A program made the translations under genes and the position numbers. The notes under the pieces were generated by a model. That model was not told where the DNA came from. It searched no databases and saw only the letters and a list, made by a program, of their open reading frames with translations. From Lama glama (Eukaryota), in assembly GCA_028534125.1 (NCBI GenBank), contig CM052816.1, positions 7,690,001-7,754,000 of the forward strand: a DNA stretch of 64,000 nucleotides, read 5' to 3'. Shown piece after piece: positions 62,002-64,000 of this stretch; the stretch's first letter is position 1; each line of letters starts with the position of its first letter.

Positions 62002-63260
62002 CAGGCCCTGACTAACTGGCTTGTCAATTGTGTCCGTATGTGCACAGGGGCACTAAGATGGGAGGCCCCAAAGCAGCAGCAGAAGCAACAGTAGGGGCAG
62101 CAGTGGGCACAGCTTCCCCATGGGACAGCACAGGAACCTGGTGGTAGACTGGCTTGCTCCCAGACCTTGTCCCTGTAGTGTCTGTAACTATTAACTCTTC
62201 ATGCTGAGCACCGGGGCAGGTACTGCGGATGGCAAGGCAGTAAGCTTTGTCAATACATTATTACAAAATAATATCATACACAGGGACATTGAAATAAAGC
62301 ATATCAGGAAGTTGTTAGAACTCATCAGAGTACAGAATCTCTGGTTTTGAAAATTGCTGGGTCATTGCAGAGCAAATACCCATAGGCTTAAAAATAGAAA
62401 TTAAATTTAAAGATAACCCAGTTTAACAGAAAAAAACCCCCCACTATTTTGATATGAAGCTTTACATAAACCAATTACTAACAACATAATTTGAAAATTA
62501 ATTTTTCCTTGTAATTGAGTGTACAGTGCAACAATGCATAAACAGGCATTTTGCACTATATCATGAAGGTAGTTTTGGTTTCTTGCATGACCTCTGCAAG
62601 TTACAGAAAATGTTATGGGAAACATTAAATTGCCATTGCATAATCTTTAAAATTAAATTCAAAGAGGAAATTCACTTGTATGGAAAGTTAAATCTTTCCA
62701 GAAAAAAATATTATGTCAGACTCATAAATTTTACATGTAGTATCATTTATACTTCAAAATAGCTTATCAGAAATATGTTCCAGAATTGTTACAGCCTATA
62801 AAGTACTCCTCACAGCTCCAGCAATAGTTGCATCGGCAGAAGGATTCGTCTCAAAATTAAAAATTATCAAAAATTAGTTACAATCTTGCATTTGCCAAGA
62901 GTAACTCATACTGCTTTCAGTTACATCAGTATGAAAATAAAGTTGCTAAAAATATAAATTGGGATGACATAATGAGTTTACAGAAAGGCAAGCCAAAGAT
63001 AATCTATAATCAATCAATATATCACAATAATCTAGTATATTACTTGTTATTTTATACAAATTATGACAACAAAATAGTATTTTTGCAGTTTAAAAATGTA
63101 TGTTCTTAAATATCACTATTACCTCTATTTTATAAGTAATAAAATATTTTAAAGGTAAAATTTTTTTATTTTAGTATCTTTAGTAGTCCTTTTTTGATTT
63201 TTGAACAAGGGTCCCCATATTTCCATTTTGCAATGGAACCTAAGATGATGCAATATATTA
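62002..63260 (+). mobile_element. hAT (Tip100/Zaphod-like) DNA transposon with a transposase C-terminal remnant
   Basis: ~62790-62900 translates VTAYKVLLTAPAIVASAEGFVSKLKIIKN, the degenerate hAT dimerisation motif (T.A..ERSFSKLK). The end 'gggtccccatatttccattttgca' resembles Zaphod/MER91 termini. Confidence 0.7.
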
Positions 63261-64000
63261 CACACAATCGTGTTTACTCAGTGGTTTTATTTTGTAATTA
63301 AAATTTTTATTTGTAGTTCAAATATAGTTTGCTTTAAAATTTTCCACTTAGTTTACATGTTGATGCATTTTTATAAGATTACATACCTTTAAGAAAATCC
63401 TAAAATTTAACATTACGCCCAGAGTGCACTGCAGTTGTATCACAGCTGTATCTGAAGAAACACTAACAGTGATTTGTTTTATTTGAAGGAAAAGTAACAG
63501 GAATATCACTACCCTGGGTTTGCTCCAGTGCTCCAGCCACTCTCTCCTCATTACTCTTCCTGGAAATGTCCCGAAAGCTTAGAACAATGTCTGTCACAGA
63601 AACATCTGCTGAATGAGTTGAATAAAAAAATTTCTTTATTCTGTGCATGGGAAAATGGAGATTTAGGTAGCTGCAGCTCTTCGGTGTATTAAGTGTTAGT
63701 TCACATATGTTCTGTAGGGGCAGAGAACATGACCTAGGATTGCCTATAGCTGAAAGGGTGGTTGTTGGAGGAAAGTTTGGCCTGGATGCTTAGAGAAGAC
63801 AATGTAAGGGTCAGTGAGCATCAGTTGAGATTGGGAGAAATGAGGTGGGTTCTATGACAAGATAGCAGCAACTGTGTAAAGACTAAATCACCCACTAATA
63901 ATGACAAGTTAACTTATATGTATGATGACTTCTATGTGTTCATGGTTCCTCCCTCCTTAACTGGCCAGAAAGCTCCATGGATCAGACCTGTTGCTGCTGG

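Noticed and set aside
50233..64000. IRGM or another immunity-related GTPase expected from human synteny
   Set aside because: No GTPase motifs or IRG-like peptide were recognised; it may lie outside the window.

Overview
Mammalian genomic DNA, very likely camelid (three tRNA-derived SINEs match the camelid vic-1 type). The window holds one intact gene, ZNF300 (+ strand; CpG promoter ~40.6-40.9 kb, coding exons 42539-50232, KRAB-A/B plus 12 C2H2 fingers, 598 aa). Divergent from it is a disabled KRAB-ZNF gene (- strand, ~16.3-22.6 kb) that keeps its promoter, splice sites and a 119-codon KRAB-only frame. There are two processed pseudogenes (DNAJB1 3' end; PPP1R12A/MYPT1 3' CDS plus 3'UTR) and many L1, L2, MIR, MaLR and DNA-transposon fossils. 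The most unusual part is a nested retroelement stack at 23-31.5 kb. A gamma-like ERV remnant has its env split by a solo LTR with a perfect 6-bp TSD. Inside the PPP1R12A retrocopy sits a dUTPase-bearing beta-like provirus with one LTR, a tRNA-Trp-like PBS and G-to-A changes typical of APOBEC3 editing. Its other end is a CA inside pol, yet it is flanked by a perfect 6-bp TSD. All identifications come from manual translation and recalled family sequences; no database search was run, and repeat boundaries are approximate unless TSDs are given.
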